A stretch of 63,383 bases of DNA, the filler included, from Neolecta irregularis DAH-3 (Eukaryota): NCBI GenBank assembly GCA_001929475.1. It is 20 parts of 20 records of this genome, joined end to end, with 100 filler letters (N's around TTAATTAATTAA, not from the genome) between each part and the next. Parts side by side here need not be neighbours in the genome. Positions count along the whole stretch, not along the records: positions 14,362 to 19,111 come from LXFE01002011.1; positions 19,212 to 21,534 come from LXFE01002020.1; positions 21,635 to 28,360 come from LXFE01002024.1; 17 more parts are not named here. One strand, given 5' to 3'. The notes beneath the pieces were generated by a model. It saw nothing but the letters and a program-made list of their open reading frames with translations. It searched no databases and was not told the origin of the DNA. Shown here piece after piece: positions 14,362-28,306 of this stretch. Numbering within the stretch: position 1 is the first letter of the stretch; the number at the start of each line of letters is the position of its first letter. A program made the position numbers and the translations under genes.

Positions 14362-14439
14362 CTTTCTCTTCTGTATCCTTTCTCTTCTGTATCCTTTCTC
14401 TTCTGTATCCTTTCTCTTCTGTATCCTATTCTCTTCTGT
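14362..14439. repeat. 16-bp tandem repeat CTTTCTCTTCTGTATC (about 4.5 copies)
   Basis: Direct inspection. Confidence 0.9.
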
Positions 14440-14914
14440 CATATCTATGTGCATTGCTCTGTCGTTAGTGCCTTTTAAGGTATGCAACTAGATGTGACTC
14501 ACCTTTAAATTCAAAGCAGGTCTATGGAACTCTAGGTATAGGCTATGATACATTAATACTACTTGTCAGAAGGCTAATTAGGCACTAGAGTATATCCAAC
14601 ACTAATTCAATCGCTACACCACCTCTCAAGCACTCACCGAAATGTATGCGTTCAAAAATTAGAAGCGATGTTTGGTCTGTATATCCACTATTTCAATGCA
14701 AGATATTTCCCTAGCTAACCTTCATAGGTTGTGCGTTGACTACCACACGTTCTCACTTGTATAGCGCAACGCGAGCTATGCACAGCCCCCACAAGCTTCA
14801 CTTTAGCACAATGCAGTTTGACCAGAAGAAATTTCAATTCAAAAGCTCTGCTCTCCCCAGCAGTTCCATCTCAAAGTACAGCACTGACAACCTGTCATTG
14901 CCGCAGCAAGAGTT

Positions 14915-17900
14915 ATGAACCTTTCTTGGATCTTTTGCTTGACAATCTTCGCTTCGTTCCATTTAGTCGCAGATGCGGGTTTCAAGACCTTTCGCGATAT
15001 GGTCACAAAGCATATCCACCCGCACCGTCACACAGATCACGTCAGACGTGAGAATTAATAAAGTTTACTTGGCTAATAATGAAGACTCGATCAAACATCC
15101 TACGAGTCCCGCAGGTCAAAAGAAAGTCAAAGGATATATTGTTCAACTCTCGTCGCCGTTGATCAGAGTTACAAGAGAAGAGCATGGCTTACCTGTACAT
15201 GAATTTGTGAAGAAAATGACTTAGGAAGACGGTACATTCATTTTTGTCCCAGTTATGGGCTATCACCAATGACTTCACCCTTCGTCGCAAATTCTCCAGT
15301 TCTGCATTTTTGGGTTGCTCATTTCATTTGGAAGATCACTCTTTACTCGATCAAATCAGGGCTCTACCGGCCGTCGTCAAAGTTTCGCCAATCAAAATGA
15401 TTCCTCCTCCACGAATTCAAACACCCATTCTTCTAGATGAAGAAAGGGACATGGGAAAACACCTCTCTGAGTATAAATATCTGGTACACGAGGCTACTGG
15501 TGTGAAAAAATTGCACGAACAGGGGATCAAGGGAAGAAGAGATATTCTGGTATGCGCCGTCGATACAGGGTACATCATTCTAGTTTATAGCATGCTGATT
15601 TCAAGAGTTGACTATACTTTGAAAGCACTGGGCGGATGTTTTGGTCCCAGTCCTAAATGCAAAATTGTCGTCGGAGAAGATCTCGTTGGAAGGGATTTCA
15701 AAGGGCACAACGACGCAGTGAGAGGAGGACCACCACTCGATCAACAAGGGCACGGGACGCACGTTTCTGGGATTATCATTGCGGAAGCCGACCAGTGGGC
15801 CCCAGTTATCTATATATGGCTAATGATATAGGTTTGTCGGAGTAGCACCCTCAGTCTCTTTAGGTATGTGGAAAGTGTTTGGCCCCGAAGGAGATACTTC
15901 GAATGATGCTCTCATTGAAGGCATCATCGCTGCAAAAGAAGCTGGCGTAAGAAGACCTTTCAGTGAGCCGAGTCTGAATCTAGTGCAATGTTATTTCGCT
16001 ATCACTCGGTGGACCAAACGGATGGAGTGAGGAACTTCTATCAACACTCGTCAGTAACCTGGCTGATGAAGGCATATTTATGTCAGTTGCACTTGGAAAC
16101 GATGGCGATTTGGGCCTCTTCGCTTCGAGTTCACCTGCAGACGGACTTGATGTCGTGGCTGTTGGGGGCACTGATTCACCAGGCTTTTGGGGGTTTCCTG
16201 CAGAGATCACACCCGAAAATTCAAAAATATCCTCTCCTATCCATTATTATAGAGAAACCATATTCTCTCTTGATGAATCATTGGAAGTATATGTTACATC
16301 TTATAATGCAACGGTCGAGGCCGATGCCTGTGAGGAATTACCTCAAAATACTCCAGACCTTTCAAAGAGGATTGCTTTAATTCATAGAGGAAAGTGTCCC
16401 TTATCTACCAAGTTTGAAAATATCCAAAAGAAAGGTGCAAAGTATATACTGTTGGTCCAACTTGATAATTTTTCATTAACCGTATAGTATTTACAACAAC
16501 AACTTGCCCCTTTTTCCCCTGGGAGATATTGATGATGTAAAAGGTAACTTATCCACTGAATGTGTTTGATGTTTCAGCGGCAATGATCACTGCGTCTGAC
16601 GGCAAAAAGATTATCAAGGCACTGAATAAGGGCCAGTCAAAGGTTTTCTTTTCACAATCAGACTCGCAATTGCAATATTTGAAGAACGAATTCACTAGAG
16701 ACCTAGTGAGCAGTTGGTCAAGTATGGGACCGCTATTCGAGCAACAGATCAAGCCCGATATCCTTGCTCCCGGTGGTAATATTCTCTCTACATTCCCAAA
16801 GAGTATGGGTGGAGTTGCAGTAATATCTGGGACATCGATGGCTACAGTATAGACCTTTGAACATGGAGTCGCTAATTTGAAGCCCTACATCGCTGGGGTC
16901 GCGGGACTGTTTCAATCTGTGCATGGTGCATCGGCCGTCAATCCTTTGCAGCTGAGAGACATCTTGGTTTCGACTGCAAATCAAGTGAATTTCTATGACC
17001 AAGCTTCCTCGTCAGTTAGTAATCTGGTACTTGCCTGTGTAATGATATTGTTGACATGTTCAGCTTGCTCCAGTCATTCAAGCAGGCGGAGGCCTAGTGC
17101 AAGCCCATAACGCAATCAAATGGTCTTCTCGGGTTCATCCTACTCTCCTTCAGTTGAATGACTCGACCCATGCCAGATTGAGCCACCAAATTACAATCGA
17201 AAACCATGCTAGAAAAGAGGTTAAATATTCGTTCTCGGCAAAAGGCGCGGGTGCAATATATACCCTCCCTGAGGACTCAATCTACCCGCAAACAGCTCCG
17301 CTTAAAGTTGAGAGTTCGGTCGCGGTAGTCGTATTTTCGGTCGATTCGCTTACAATACCAGCTGGAAACAGTGCCACCCTATCAGTTGACTTTAAGCTGC
17401 CACATGACCTCAACATTTCTCGGATCCCATTCCACTCTGGCTATGTCACCATTTCCTCGAGCCTCAGGGAAAGTTTCGGCATCCCATATTTGGGTACAAC
17501 TTCGAATATGAATAAAGTCCAGCTCATGGAACAATCCGATTCTTACCCATATCTGACAGATGATATGTCCGACACAGGAAAAAGAATTCTGGAAAACTCA
17601 ATTTTCAAGATAGGTATGAAGGCACCTACTGTTGTGTTCTCCATGGCAATGGGGTCCTCATTGTTGACGATACGTATTGTTCTTTAACTTTAATTTTGCT
17701 TACCTTGGAAGAGGTTTTTAACGCAACGAAGATTACGGACACTATTCTTCAAAATGGGGATCTGAGTAACACACTCGGGGAAAATCTTCCAGACTACCCA
17801 TCCCGATACCTTCCCCGCTATGCATCAGATCCCCCTGTGGCTAACGTTGAAATATGGAATGGCACTTTGGCATCAGGTCAAAAAATCAAACCAGGAAGCT

Positions 17901-17998
17901 ATAAAATCCTCATATCGGCTCTGAAGATATTTGGTAAGCAGAATAACCCAAAAGACTGGGAGAGGTGGTGGTCGGTCGCCTTCATCATGGAAGAATAA
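14915..17998 (+). CDS. Secreted subtilisin-like S8 serine protease with PA domain and Fn3-like C-terminal region (pyrolysin-type)
   Basis: Signal peptide MNLSWIFCLTIFASFHLVADA; catalytic AVDTG, GHGTHVSG, SGTSMAT; PA domain IALIHRGKC; IKPDILAPGGNILSTFP; QAGGGLVQA. Confidence 0.93.
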
Positions 17999-18401
17999 GT
18001 ATCATTTGTGATACTTTTTCGTTCATCTTCAAGTTTGAGATGGGGATTTAGTCAAAAATATTTCTCTTCTTTATTTTCAACAATGATATCATTTACATTT
18101 TTAAACAATGCCAATGAAACCCAAGGATACAATGTCTTCTATAACCTCATATCCTAATGATATCAGAAGATATAAAGGATTTATAACACGAGGAAATTTA
18201 AACCAGACTTTATTAGTGTAAGATTTGGCGTGCTTGGTTATCCTTTATGTATTTCTATTCACCCTTGCTTCCTGTGACATATCACTAAAACCTCCATGTA
18301 CATTGACTCATGTTATAACCAATATAAAGACTACAACATACATTGTACACTATTATACATATCAACAAAGAGTCTACCAGCAGATTAGTACCGTACCGTA
18401 C

Positions 18402-19111
18402 TTAGAGCACGCTGGGTGCTTCTGCAACAACCTGCGCAGCCAGATCTTTTTCTTGTACCTTTGGGACATTCTTCCCCTGCTTCTCATGGTGTCTCTTCAA
18501 GGCATTCCCAAACACTGCAAAGAATCCATAGGCTATAACCATCATGATATGGCCAAAGTACTAGGCCATCAGTTGCAACCCACAATGAGTATCTACCAAA
18601 GTCCTCTTCAAGACTATCTTGCTGGACCACCAGTAGTACACCTGAAATGGCCGAGTTACATAAGCCATCAGCAGATGGGTATTTAATATGCAGAGGCAGG
18701 TGTAGATCATCATTGACTTCTTTGCTGATCCATCATTGTTCAAGAAGAAGGGCCGGATACATTGTCGAAACCCTTCACAGTCAACAAAACGAAAGGCTCG
18801 GACGGTATACAGCCAGAAAGAAATTGCAACGCTGCAACAGTAGAAAACGTGATGAAAAACCCAGAATTAAACCCATGCCATGCAGCGCTAACCAAGTAGG
18901 TCGCGCATAAAGCCTCGATACCTGGCTTCTTCCAGGATGTCACGCGGGTGTAAATATAGTATTTGAGATATCGATGAGTCGAGGAATTCCAACTTTCCCA
19001 GAATTCCGCTACTGAACTTGCTGTTTCACAACCCCACCAATAAAATGTGGAAATATTGTTCCAGTCATAGGAGCCATCTGGGTGGATTCGATATGAGAGG
19101 CCGTTCGAAGC
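18402..19111 (-). CDS. MBOAT family lysophospholipid acyltransferase (Ale1-like), C-terminal part
   Basis: EFWESWNSSTHRYLKYYIYTR and TYLVSAAWHGFNSGFFITF with catalytic His; 5' part beyond contig edge. Confidence 0.85.
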
Positions 19112-21065
19112 NNNNNNNNNNNNNNNNNNNNNNNNNNNNNNNNNNNNNNNNNNNNTTAATTAATTAANNNNNNNNNNNNNNNNNNNNNNNNNNNNNNNNN
19201 NNNNNNNNNNNAGGATTGAGGAGGCAGAGATGGCCAGGAAGGTGGCAGGCAGTCCTGTTGTAAACGAAACGATTGACACGGCAGTGTATCTGAGTAATTA
19301 GCCTGGAGGAGCTCAGGCGGTACGCGGAGTTGGAATCGGGATCTTCAGATGGGTTGAGGCGGACAAGATGAACGCTAAAGGCATCGGCTGGCCGTCAATC
19401 GCGGGATTGATGGATGAAGAGTACTGTAAGCCAGCAGTGCCGGATCAGTCGGGTGGAATGCGAAATGCGAGACTGAATCGAGCGATAAGGTCGATTTTTG
19501 GTGGTGCATCAAAATGGAGGAGCAACAGGACACGGGTTGAATTATCTAGTAGAAAGACAGTAACCGTACTGGTCCAGATCCTGATATCCAAAGGGCATCC
19601 AGCTCTGAATAGATGTATATATCGTATTCCCACTTGTATGTGCTAGTGATCCTGAGCAGTTCGCTTCTCAGAGACATTTCATCTGTTTGTGAATTGGTGA
19701 TTTAATAGTTATATTAATATATTTTTTCTTTTACATTTAGCTTATACGCTGCAATGTTACAATATGGTGAGACGCCCAGTTGCATCAACACTAAAAATCT
19801 ATCAAACAAGTCCATCCAAGCAAGTCCAAGTATGCGAGTAAAATACCACGTAAGTCCAAGCAAGTGAGTCCAATCAAGAATTTCCGTTTGTTTTCTCTTT
19901 TGTAGACAGGGGGTTAAAATTATTGGTGATTTCAAAGGCAAAGTTGAGGAAGCAGAGACTATGTAGGATTCAAAAATCGGAATCAGAGAACTCTATTAAT
20001 AATTACTATCGTCAACGCTCTGAATCTTCTCGAGTGATTTCTACAATTTCAAGATCTTTAACTGATCCTCATACAAATTCATTGGTATCTAACCCTGCAA
20101 ATGGGCCAGGGCGGCTACAGCACTACTTATAGGAGACAGGCAGCCACACCACTTGGAGTGTGACTGGAGTGACATTACAACGACCAAGAAAAGTAAAAGA
20201 GACTCCCAAAATACCCTCCGCTGTAAAAGGAACAACAATTTCTGTGAGGATCTCTGCCTACAATACTGTTCCCTACGTCACATACTACTTTTTGCTTGCA
20301 TTTCTGGAAATACCTTAGGGAAGTAAAAGTCTAATGCCCATGCATCCATAGCTTTACAGATTTCAATTCATGCACCAGGAGTGTAGTTTCTGCTGAAAAC
20401 CATTCTATAAGACCTGCAAATGGGTTAACCAGGAAATTAGCTGGGCGGGTTGGATAAAAGGATTAAAGGAAAAGAGGGATAAAGTGTATAGCTTGGTCAG
20501 ACTTGCTTACTTTCTCTGCTACTACAGCGTCTAGATAGTATCCCAATGCGCAACACTTTGGCATTAGGGCTATGAATAGCTTTACCTGGGCCCATGAGCT
20601 AGGCTTTGTCAACACTGCCGCCAGCTACCTCGCGTCCCTGTCACAAAAGAGCATGTAGGCTTAGTAACGTTTGAAAGGTGCACCTGCACGAAGAGATTTC
20701 AGCACAAGTCCAACGGCTATGAATTTTAAAATTACGGTTCTAGACCCCAAATATTGTTGGGACATCCAATGTTTGATACCTCTTCCTCTCGTGATTAGGG
20801 TTAGGGTTACGTGGAATAATGTAAACGGTTAGGTTTACTATCGGGACTAGCATTACCACAATGGATAGGATATAGGAATTGAGCGAGGAATGTACATTAA
20901 TGCAAGGAGTATGGATTCACATGTTTATATAGTCCCGTACACTTACTTATTCTTTATCTCTATATCAGGCTGAATGTATCTGGTTTCTATCTGTCTAACT
21001 TCCTGAGATCAGATATCACAGATTGCCCTATTTTATTTCTGATTATGAATTATGCCCGGAATAAT

Positions 21066-21534
21066 ATGTGGAAACCGCTACTTCTGACACTCTGTCTTAT
21101 CTTAATTGTCCTCTATTTCCTGATTGATTCAACGTAGTATATCCTTTGAATAGATAGCTGATCGGCTAGTGGACAGAAGTTTGAGAGGCGCACGTCATAT
21201 CCAGAAAAAAGTCTCGGCTTTAGCAAAATATATCTAATAGCAACCTCTTCGGAACGCATGGCATATTCATCTCGAATACTTGATTACCATAAACTTGAAT
21301 ACACCATCTTCCCATCTTATGGGCCATACACTGAAATGGTTAACTCGACTATGTCACAATACTATCCAGAGAAGCTTGAAGACGTTAGGCAACGCGGGAA
21401 GGTAGGATGTTGGGCATCTCATCGTGCGATCTGGAAGAAAGCATGGAACAACCAGCAACTCCAGACAATCTTGATCCTCGAAGACGATATCGACGTTCGA
21501 TTGGATATCAAACCACGAGTCAAACGTGGATGGT
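21066..21534 (+). CDS. Glycosyltransferase family 25-like type II membrane protein (partial)
   Basis: N-terminal TM (MWKPLLLTLCLILIVLYFLI), LGFSKIYLI, GKVGCWASHRAIW, ILILEDDIDV. Confidence 0.82.
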
Positions 21535-21781
21535 NNNNNNNNNNNNNNNNNNNNNNNNNNNNNNNNNNNNNNNNNNNNTTAATTAATTAANNNNNNNNNN
21601 NNNNNNNNNNNNNNNNNNNNNNNNNNNNNNNNNNCTTATTTGTAACTTCTGGCGTTAAGCTTACATTTTTTTTACAAATACCGGCCAGCATTTCTGCGAG
21701 GGAAGCGGTCGATAAAAGAAGACTTCGGAAATTGCCACCCGAAGTAAGAAACGCATACAACAAAATTCCTCCTCATCTGGG

Positions 21782-22648
21782 ATGTCAGGAATAACAGATA
21801 TCAAACCGGAGACTTATACAGCGAGCAGTTCTCGTCCATTACCACTTTTTTCAGGAACTGGTGATTCAGTGCAGGCGGCTCGTGTATGGTTGAGTGTGGC
21901 GAAACGAATTATTCGCGCACGCCAAGGAAATGGGCACCGCTCTGTGCCAGCATTGCTAGAAGATCTAGCATGTGCATTGATAGACGATGCTTCTTTATGG
22001 TTCGACGAGATCGACGAGGAAATTACTACGTTAGAAGAATTTTTTGAAAAATTTTCTGAACAGTTTTTGAGTAACGCTGAACTTTCCATAGTACATGGAA
22101 AGTTTGACGTCTTGAAACAAAGCAACCGCTCTGTAGCAGAGTATGCAACAGAGTTTCGTACCCTATGGAAGCAGTTGGACCGGACTCACTACCCAGAGAT
22201 ACCAATGGCCCGAAAGTTTTGTCTTGGCTTGCGCCCAAACATCCAAATGACATTTACGGCAGCAATTTCCAGGATGACAAGCCTCAACAAAGCTATTGAT
22301 GCAGCATTAATCGGCGAGGCAGCCTTGGCTCAGAGAGCCCGAGAGTCTAAGCAGACAAGTAGTCATGGCGACCACCCTGATAAGTCGAAGCCGCTATCGA
22401 ATGACTGCTATAACTGTGGGGTAAAAGGACATTTTGCAAGGGACTGCTTGAAACCCCCTAAGAAAGGAATGGGATACCCGCTGCTTCCCCTTTTCGCGAA
22501 ATTCGAAGACACACAAAACTCGCCCCACAGAACTCCGCCCTATTCAACTGGTAGCATCCCCTGCGTGCGTCAAGTTGTGGTGTACATCGTGTATAAAAAT
22601 ACGCCGGGAGTGAATTATCGCGCGTATATATTCCATGACGTCATTTAA
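21782..22648 (+). mobile_element. Ty3/Gypsy-type Gag ORF with CCHC knuckle, no pol following
   Basis: LKQSNRSVAEYATEFRTL, KFCLGLRPNI, CYNCGVKGHFARDC; no protease/RT motif in any frame downstream. Confidence 0.85.
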
Positions 22649-22972
22649 TAGTTTTTGGATTCGAATATGCCAAGTACATTACTCTTTGGTTAATAGACTG
22701 TACAAGCGCATAATCAATTATAATTTATACATTGCAATTATAATTCTGTATATAATACCTGAGTATATGACCAATCTTTATATGGTACGTATGCGTCCAA
22801 AAACAAACAGGCAGACCTCAAACTTGGATCCAATCAGACTCGAGTTACATCTCAGAATACAAGGCAATTTCGAGTTACATCCAATTTGAAACTGGTGTTT
22901 GTATGACAATGTAGGGATTAGGACACTTGACCTTGACTCTTTTTCTCCTTATCCCATAATTTTATCGCTGAA

Positions 22973-23985
22973 ATGAATTCCCTCATCTCTACACAGTCTG
23001 CGGACACCAATTTGAAGGAGGAGGTTCATCGTCTTCGACATCAAATTGGTAATTTGGTATGGTCTTTTTTTCGCCGACTCTTCTAGCTGAGGGACAAGCC
23101 GAGATCAGGCGCCTGGAGAAAACGTATCGCGGCGTCCGATCACATCATAGTACTCTTACTCCTTCCAAGCGACGGACCGACGAGAATGAACCCGAAAATT
23201 CCTCGTTACAGCCACATAGTCGAAGTAATGGTCGAAGTGCATCTACTGGAAGAGTAATCGAGAGTCTACAAAAGGAGATAGACAGCCTTAAGCTATTTGG
23301 GCAATCTGCCCAAAGTAACTTTGAACAAGAAAAAAGATCAAAAGAACTCATCGCTGAGAAGTACAGGAATTTAGAAGAACTAGTGCAGCAGCTACGAGTT
23401 GAAAATGCAAGTTTTTCAGCAATGATCGATCGTAAAGAACGGACTTTTCAAATAGAAGTCGATCGTCGAAAAGAATTACAAGTTTCTGTGAAAAATTTGC
23501 AAGACTCGCGGTCGGAATTACAAGCTGATTATACACAAGTCAGTGGATGTATAAAACAGCTCGAAAATTCAGTATCAACAGCCGAAGAAAGAAGAGATCG
23601 CGCAGAGAAAGAATATGAAACTCTAAGACATGAAATCATCTCGATTAACTCTAAACTACGAGATGAAATCCAACAATTGAGAGGTCAAGTAGAGACAATA
23701 CGGAATGAGCGAGTCGATGACTTGCGCAGTTTTCATTCGCTCGAAGAGGAATGGAATAATCTGTCATTTAGTCGCAAGGAAGCTGTAGAGGAAATGCTGC
23801 GACTTGAAAAACGAATGCAGGATATGCAAGCCGAACAAGCTCGTCGATGGGAAACAGCACTTGTCGATTTACGCTCAAATGTTGAGAATAATGCAAAAGA
23901 GAATCAACAACTTTGTTCACGGGTACAAGATGCCCTTGGTGAAATTCACTCTTTCAATAATAAAATTAGGGCTGTGGAGAAATAA
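22973..23985 (+). CDS. Coiled-coil protein resembling She3 (myosin V cargo adaptor) family
   Basis: Two exons; STGRVIESLQKEIDSL and LRVENASFSAMIDRKER resemble yeast She3 KVIESLHDQID / LKNENENLNSIFERKNK (from memory). Confidence 0.55.
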
Positions 23986-24103
23986 TTCAAATCGCTACAG
24001 CATTGCTGATATTTGTCTTTCTATACTGATTTACATGGAGTCATAAAATAGTATACCATTTTTGGTCAATTGGACTTAATATACATGATCTCTGGGTGTC
24101 AAT

Positions 24104-24811
24104 TCATGATACAATTCTATAGCTTGCATATCTTCCACTGGTTTCACTCTTTCTAATAATTTTGACAACTTGCCCACGTTTAAGTCCATAATATCTCGCT
24201 ACCGGATCAAGCAGTTGAATACGAGGAAGCTGTGTATCCTGTAGTCTGTATCGCTCGAGCAATCCCTTTTTCTCTTCAGGCGTCAAGAGTATATGTTGAG
24301 GTACAAGTTCATGCCATGTGATATTGACCAACAAATCAGATTCATTAAACGTCTCAATTGTCATTTTGTTGGCAAAAGTCGTGATGATCTTATTCGCGGA
24401 CGGCGTCATGTTCGTTTGATAAACGAGTATTCCATGTTCAATGTTTAACTCTACCATCTTTGCGCAAAAGTCTCGCATAGTTTTAATACCAACCGACGGT
24501 TCGTTTGCAAACTCGAGATAAAGAGGTTTCAGATGCGTATATTTCGTGCTCGGAGATGGCCGAACGTGAAAAGCGAGACCGGTCCGACTATCATATTAGA
24601 TACCAACCCATTTCTGGCATCATACTCGACTCCGCCACCTGTGCAGTACTGATTTCTGAAATCTTCCAAACTCAAATCAAGTTCATCCTGTGCGACTGCG
24701 TAGCCCTGTAAATGAGTAAAAAGTTGTAGATAATGCACCTACCCGATCATTGACCATCTGATGGACGGTACGAAATATACGCCAGTACCTGACCACCTGA
24801 CGATCATCCAT
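24104..24811 (-). CDS. RPB5: RNA polymerases I/II/III shared subunit Rpb5
   Basis: [75 protein letters not shown]. Confidence 0.98.
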
Positions 24812-25181
24812 ATTCGACAACTATTAGATGCAATTTTGGTGGAGGAGCGCGCAAAGTCAAGGGAAAAGAGCCTTTTTGATGGCGGCTGTGGACTTTTACC
24901 ATTTGGGGAAACTCGGCCAAACCACCACGGTCTCATGGCGTTGGGCAAGTCGCTTTCACAACTCGTGGAATTTCTCATAATTGGTAGAAAATTCTTTTCG
25001 TATATCTCATTTGTATGATTTGAATCAATGGTTCCGCGATGAATTGTATCAGCTCCTGCGGTAAATTTGTTGCCACTCGGGGTATTCTGATTTTGACAAG
25101 AGATGACGAATCGGTATCATTAGATACTAACCAGGTACATTCGTTTATATGGGATCTTACCAGTAGGATATCACACTGAAG

Positions 25182-27761
25182 TCTAATATCGGAGATCAGC
25201 GAGAGTTTGAACCATTCTGGTAATATAGAAATAAATACTAGGCTACCAAAATCATCCGAGGTCATCATCGATCAACTAGCCAACCCGCGAAATGGAAACC
25301 AATTGCAATTTTTTGCAACTACGACGAATCGAGAGGTTGAACCGTTTTGGGTATTTCATTACAAGTGAACTGCTCACATATCAGGTTGCTCGTTCAATCC
25401 AGTCATTTCCTCCAAACGAGGTCGATCTTATTCTACTGAGCGAGGAAGAAGAAACAGAAGAAGATTTGAGACGATTCGTTCTTACTTGGAGACCACCAGA
25501 TCCAATGATATCCCTCGAACGCATGTTTATTGATCCATATGGAGAATCAATAGTGAATAAATTTCGCCAGATTACAAAGTGTTTCCTAGAATATACTCCA
25601 GAAACAGACGTACGTTCGTTTTGTCTCACTCTTATGCATTTAGGTCGTCGTTCTCACTGGAAACAATCAAGAATCACTGGATAAAGCAGTCGAAAGGCTT
25701 GAGAGAATGTACATCTATGCTGTAATGCATATGCAATCAAATACATTTAACTTACAAGACACGGACACTGCCTGCAACTGCAATGCTCTTTCATCTATTT
25801 GTTGAATCGCAAGATTTTAAGATAAATCCACTCAAACAGACGCCCCTTTATCAGAGGACAATATTAGAAAGTAACAGCAAGTTCTTTGAAATAAAAATGC
25901 GGGAGAAGCTCAAAATATTAAGGGCTACTTCGAAGTTACAAAGGTTAGTCTGCATTGCGATCATATATCAATATTCAGAGACGACAACATTGATGCCTCA
26001 GAGTCTGGCGTCGCAGATCGATCTGTGGATAATACCCGCGATCCTCAGTTTGGTACTCGAACAAATCTCGACACCACATACCGCCCTCTGTTGGGTCGTT
26101 ATGGCAGTAATGATATTGTACCACCCCCTTGTACAGAGACGCCATTGTCGTCATCGTCATCGTTGTCGTCCCCAGACTTGGAAATCTCGCTGTCCATGGG
26201 CTCTAATACAGTTTTGGATTGTGGCTTTCAAAATCCTTTCCTAAGTCATTGTGATAGTGTTGTTACACAACACTCGGAAGGAGTCAGAGGATTGTCTGCA
26301 ATTTTCAGAAAGCTCCAAAACAATATTTCCCCCTTGGAGCAACCAAAAAAGCAATATTCGTAAGTTTGAAAAGGCTTTGGAGCTGATTGTTTCAAGGAGC
26401 TTTGGCTTTATGTTTGAGGAACCCGACAAGTTCAGCGGGGAATCAGTCGTTCGAGATGGAGACTCCGGGGTCATTTATATCGATAGGGGAAGGCATGAAC
26501 TAGGCTTCTCTCCAGAAATTGACGCCTCGTTGTCTTCGTCAGACTCAGAAATAGCATTTACATGCAAAAGTCCGGATGTGAATGAGCAAGACCACTTTAA
26601 ATTCGATTCTGACTATCTAGCAAAAATTACCAATTCTTGAACCTTACTGTGAAGTCTGTCCTCGCCGCTTTAGATTCACAAAGAGCGTTTCTTGGTCATC
26701 TCGACCTTGTGTTGTGGTTTGACAGTCTATACGACGAATATCTTAGTTGATAGTCTGGGTCGACAATTTTTCTCGCAAGTACCTCTGGTCTGCAATCGGC
26801 CCAAATTCAACTGGATCAAGTTCAGGGAACATCTATACCCAAGTAACATCAATACACCAGCTATTAACGAGATATTTACGCCTTGGTATCCTTCTTTATA
26901 CACTTCTTCTTATACCTAGTCTCACTACTATAAAGACTGATTTCAATGTCTTCGACCATATGATGCACGAGAACGAATTTCTCTTCGAACCAGCTACAGA
27001 AACGAAAGGTTCATATTTCTTCGAATCCAAATGGTCTGAGAATAAATGGAATTCATTCAAGGTAGCAAATTTGACCGTTGATTCAAAGTCGATGAAGGTT
27101 CAAAGCTTCCATGATAAATTCAGCCCATTGGTTAACTCAACTTGGATGACCCTCAACGAGAATTGGGATTTTCGGCTAAAACTCGAGAAAGCGCATATGT
27201 TGAGACCGGATGCGAGGCCATTTAAGCAGTTTATCGAAAGCCTAGCTGCAATGTGCCACCCCTGGTCTTTTCTATAACTCCTCATCAGCTAGGCAAGGTG
27301 GCATTGTCAAATACGTGGAACTACCTGGGCGATTTTCAGTAGATCATGTATTCTATCAGAAAGAAACAACCTACCGTGTCTCTTCGTCAAGGGGGATTCA
27401 AAGCGTGGGATTATGCGTCAAAATTATCGCTGTTCTTGAACTGGAAGTTGAAAAACAGCCCGAAAATCGATGCATTGCAAGGCCTCAGGCCTCGAATGCA
27501 ACAAAACACGGACGACAATGGTATAAGGTCGAGGTATCATGCGATGAATATTTTCGAGAAAATTTGACAAATCTGCCTGGAGAAGAAGCGAAATGGCAGA
27601 TCTCAGAAACTATGCTGAAAGATATGGTCAAGGTAGCTGAAATCCTGAGTAAGAAGTTATCCAACATCGGCCATGATACGCAATTACCGGACGTCAAGGG
27701 TTATATGAAAAATAAAGAAAGCTGTTCAAGAAGGAGAGGCATTGGAGGAGGTGCGATTTAG
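25182..27761 (+). CDS. Uncharacterised multi-exon fungal protein (5' end unresolved, probably begins ~24880-25180)
   Basis: Chain of long open exons separated by ~35-45 nt GT-AG introns; C-terminal WYKVEVS..FRENLTNLPGEEAKW motif resembles an uncharacterised fungal domain. Confidence 0.6.
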
Positions 27762-27954
27762 TAACATTACTTAATCTGGTTCAAGGTCACGCCAATGTAT
27801 ATAATATCGAGAGTGAAATTGATTGTAATAGCGTGAAAACTCCTAGTTCACGTCACATCTATCTTGATCATTTGGAAGGTCTTATCACGAATCTCATCTC
27901 ATATACTTGAAATGACAGGATGAACTGAATGACATCAATTTGGGTCGAAAAACA

Positions 27955-28306
27955 TTACTTGAACGGCTCTCTTTCGGGTTTTTTTTCGGGAAGATTATCA
28001 TATTCCGAGAAATCGACCTGTGATACAGATTTGAGAGTATATACATCTAACCAGTTATTACACGGGTTCTGAAATAACGCTTACAGACACCGATAACAAA
28101 GCTGCAGATTGCAATGGCGGTTATGGTACTGCGAGTTTTATATGGCGCTCGTGCTCTCAGCATCGCTTGAGACATTGAACCTTGTTGGGGGCGGTAGTAT
28201 TGCAAGTTGTTATATAGTCGTTCACTGCAGGCAGTTAGTACTGGCAATTGAATAAAAAATATCGATACGATAAAGCGGCGGATTTCTTATTATGTGAAGA
28301 TGACAT
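27955..28306 (-). CDS. COA3: Cytochrome c oxidase assembly factor 3 (CCDC56 family)
   Basis: 3 exons: MSSSHNKKSAALS|ERLYNNLQYYRPQQGSMSQAMLRARAPY..TM..YTLKSVSQVDFSE; intron 1 has TACTAAC branch point. Confidence 0.85.

Noticed and set aside
18225..18686. 153-aa ORF with hydrophobic start
   Set aside because: Non-ATG start and antisense to the MBOAT gene's last exons
19211..20460. Short ORFs in possible decayed repeat/gene sequence
   Set aside because: Frequent stops in all frames and no recognisable motif; cannot assign
20795..20809. TTAGGG x2.5 telomere-like tract (also TTAGGGTTAG near 44884)
   Set aside because: Too short and internal; chance or isolated binding site
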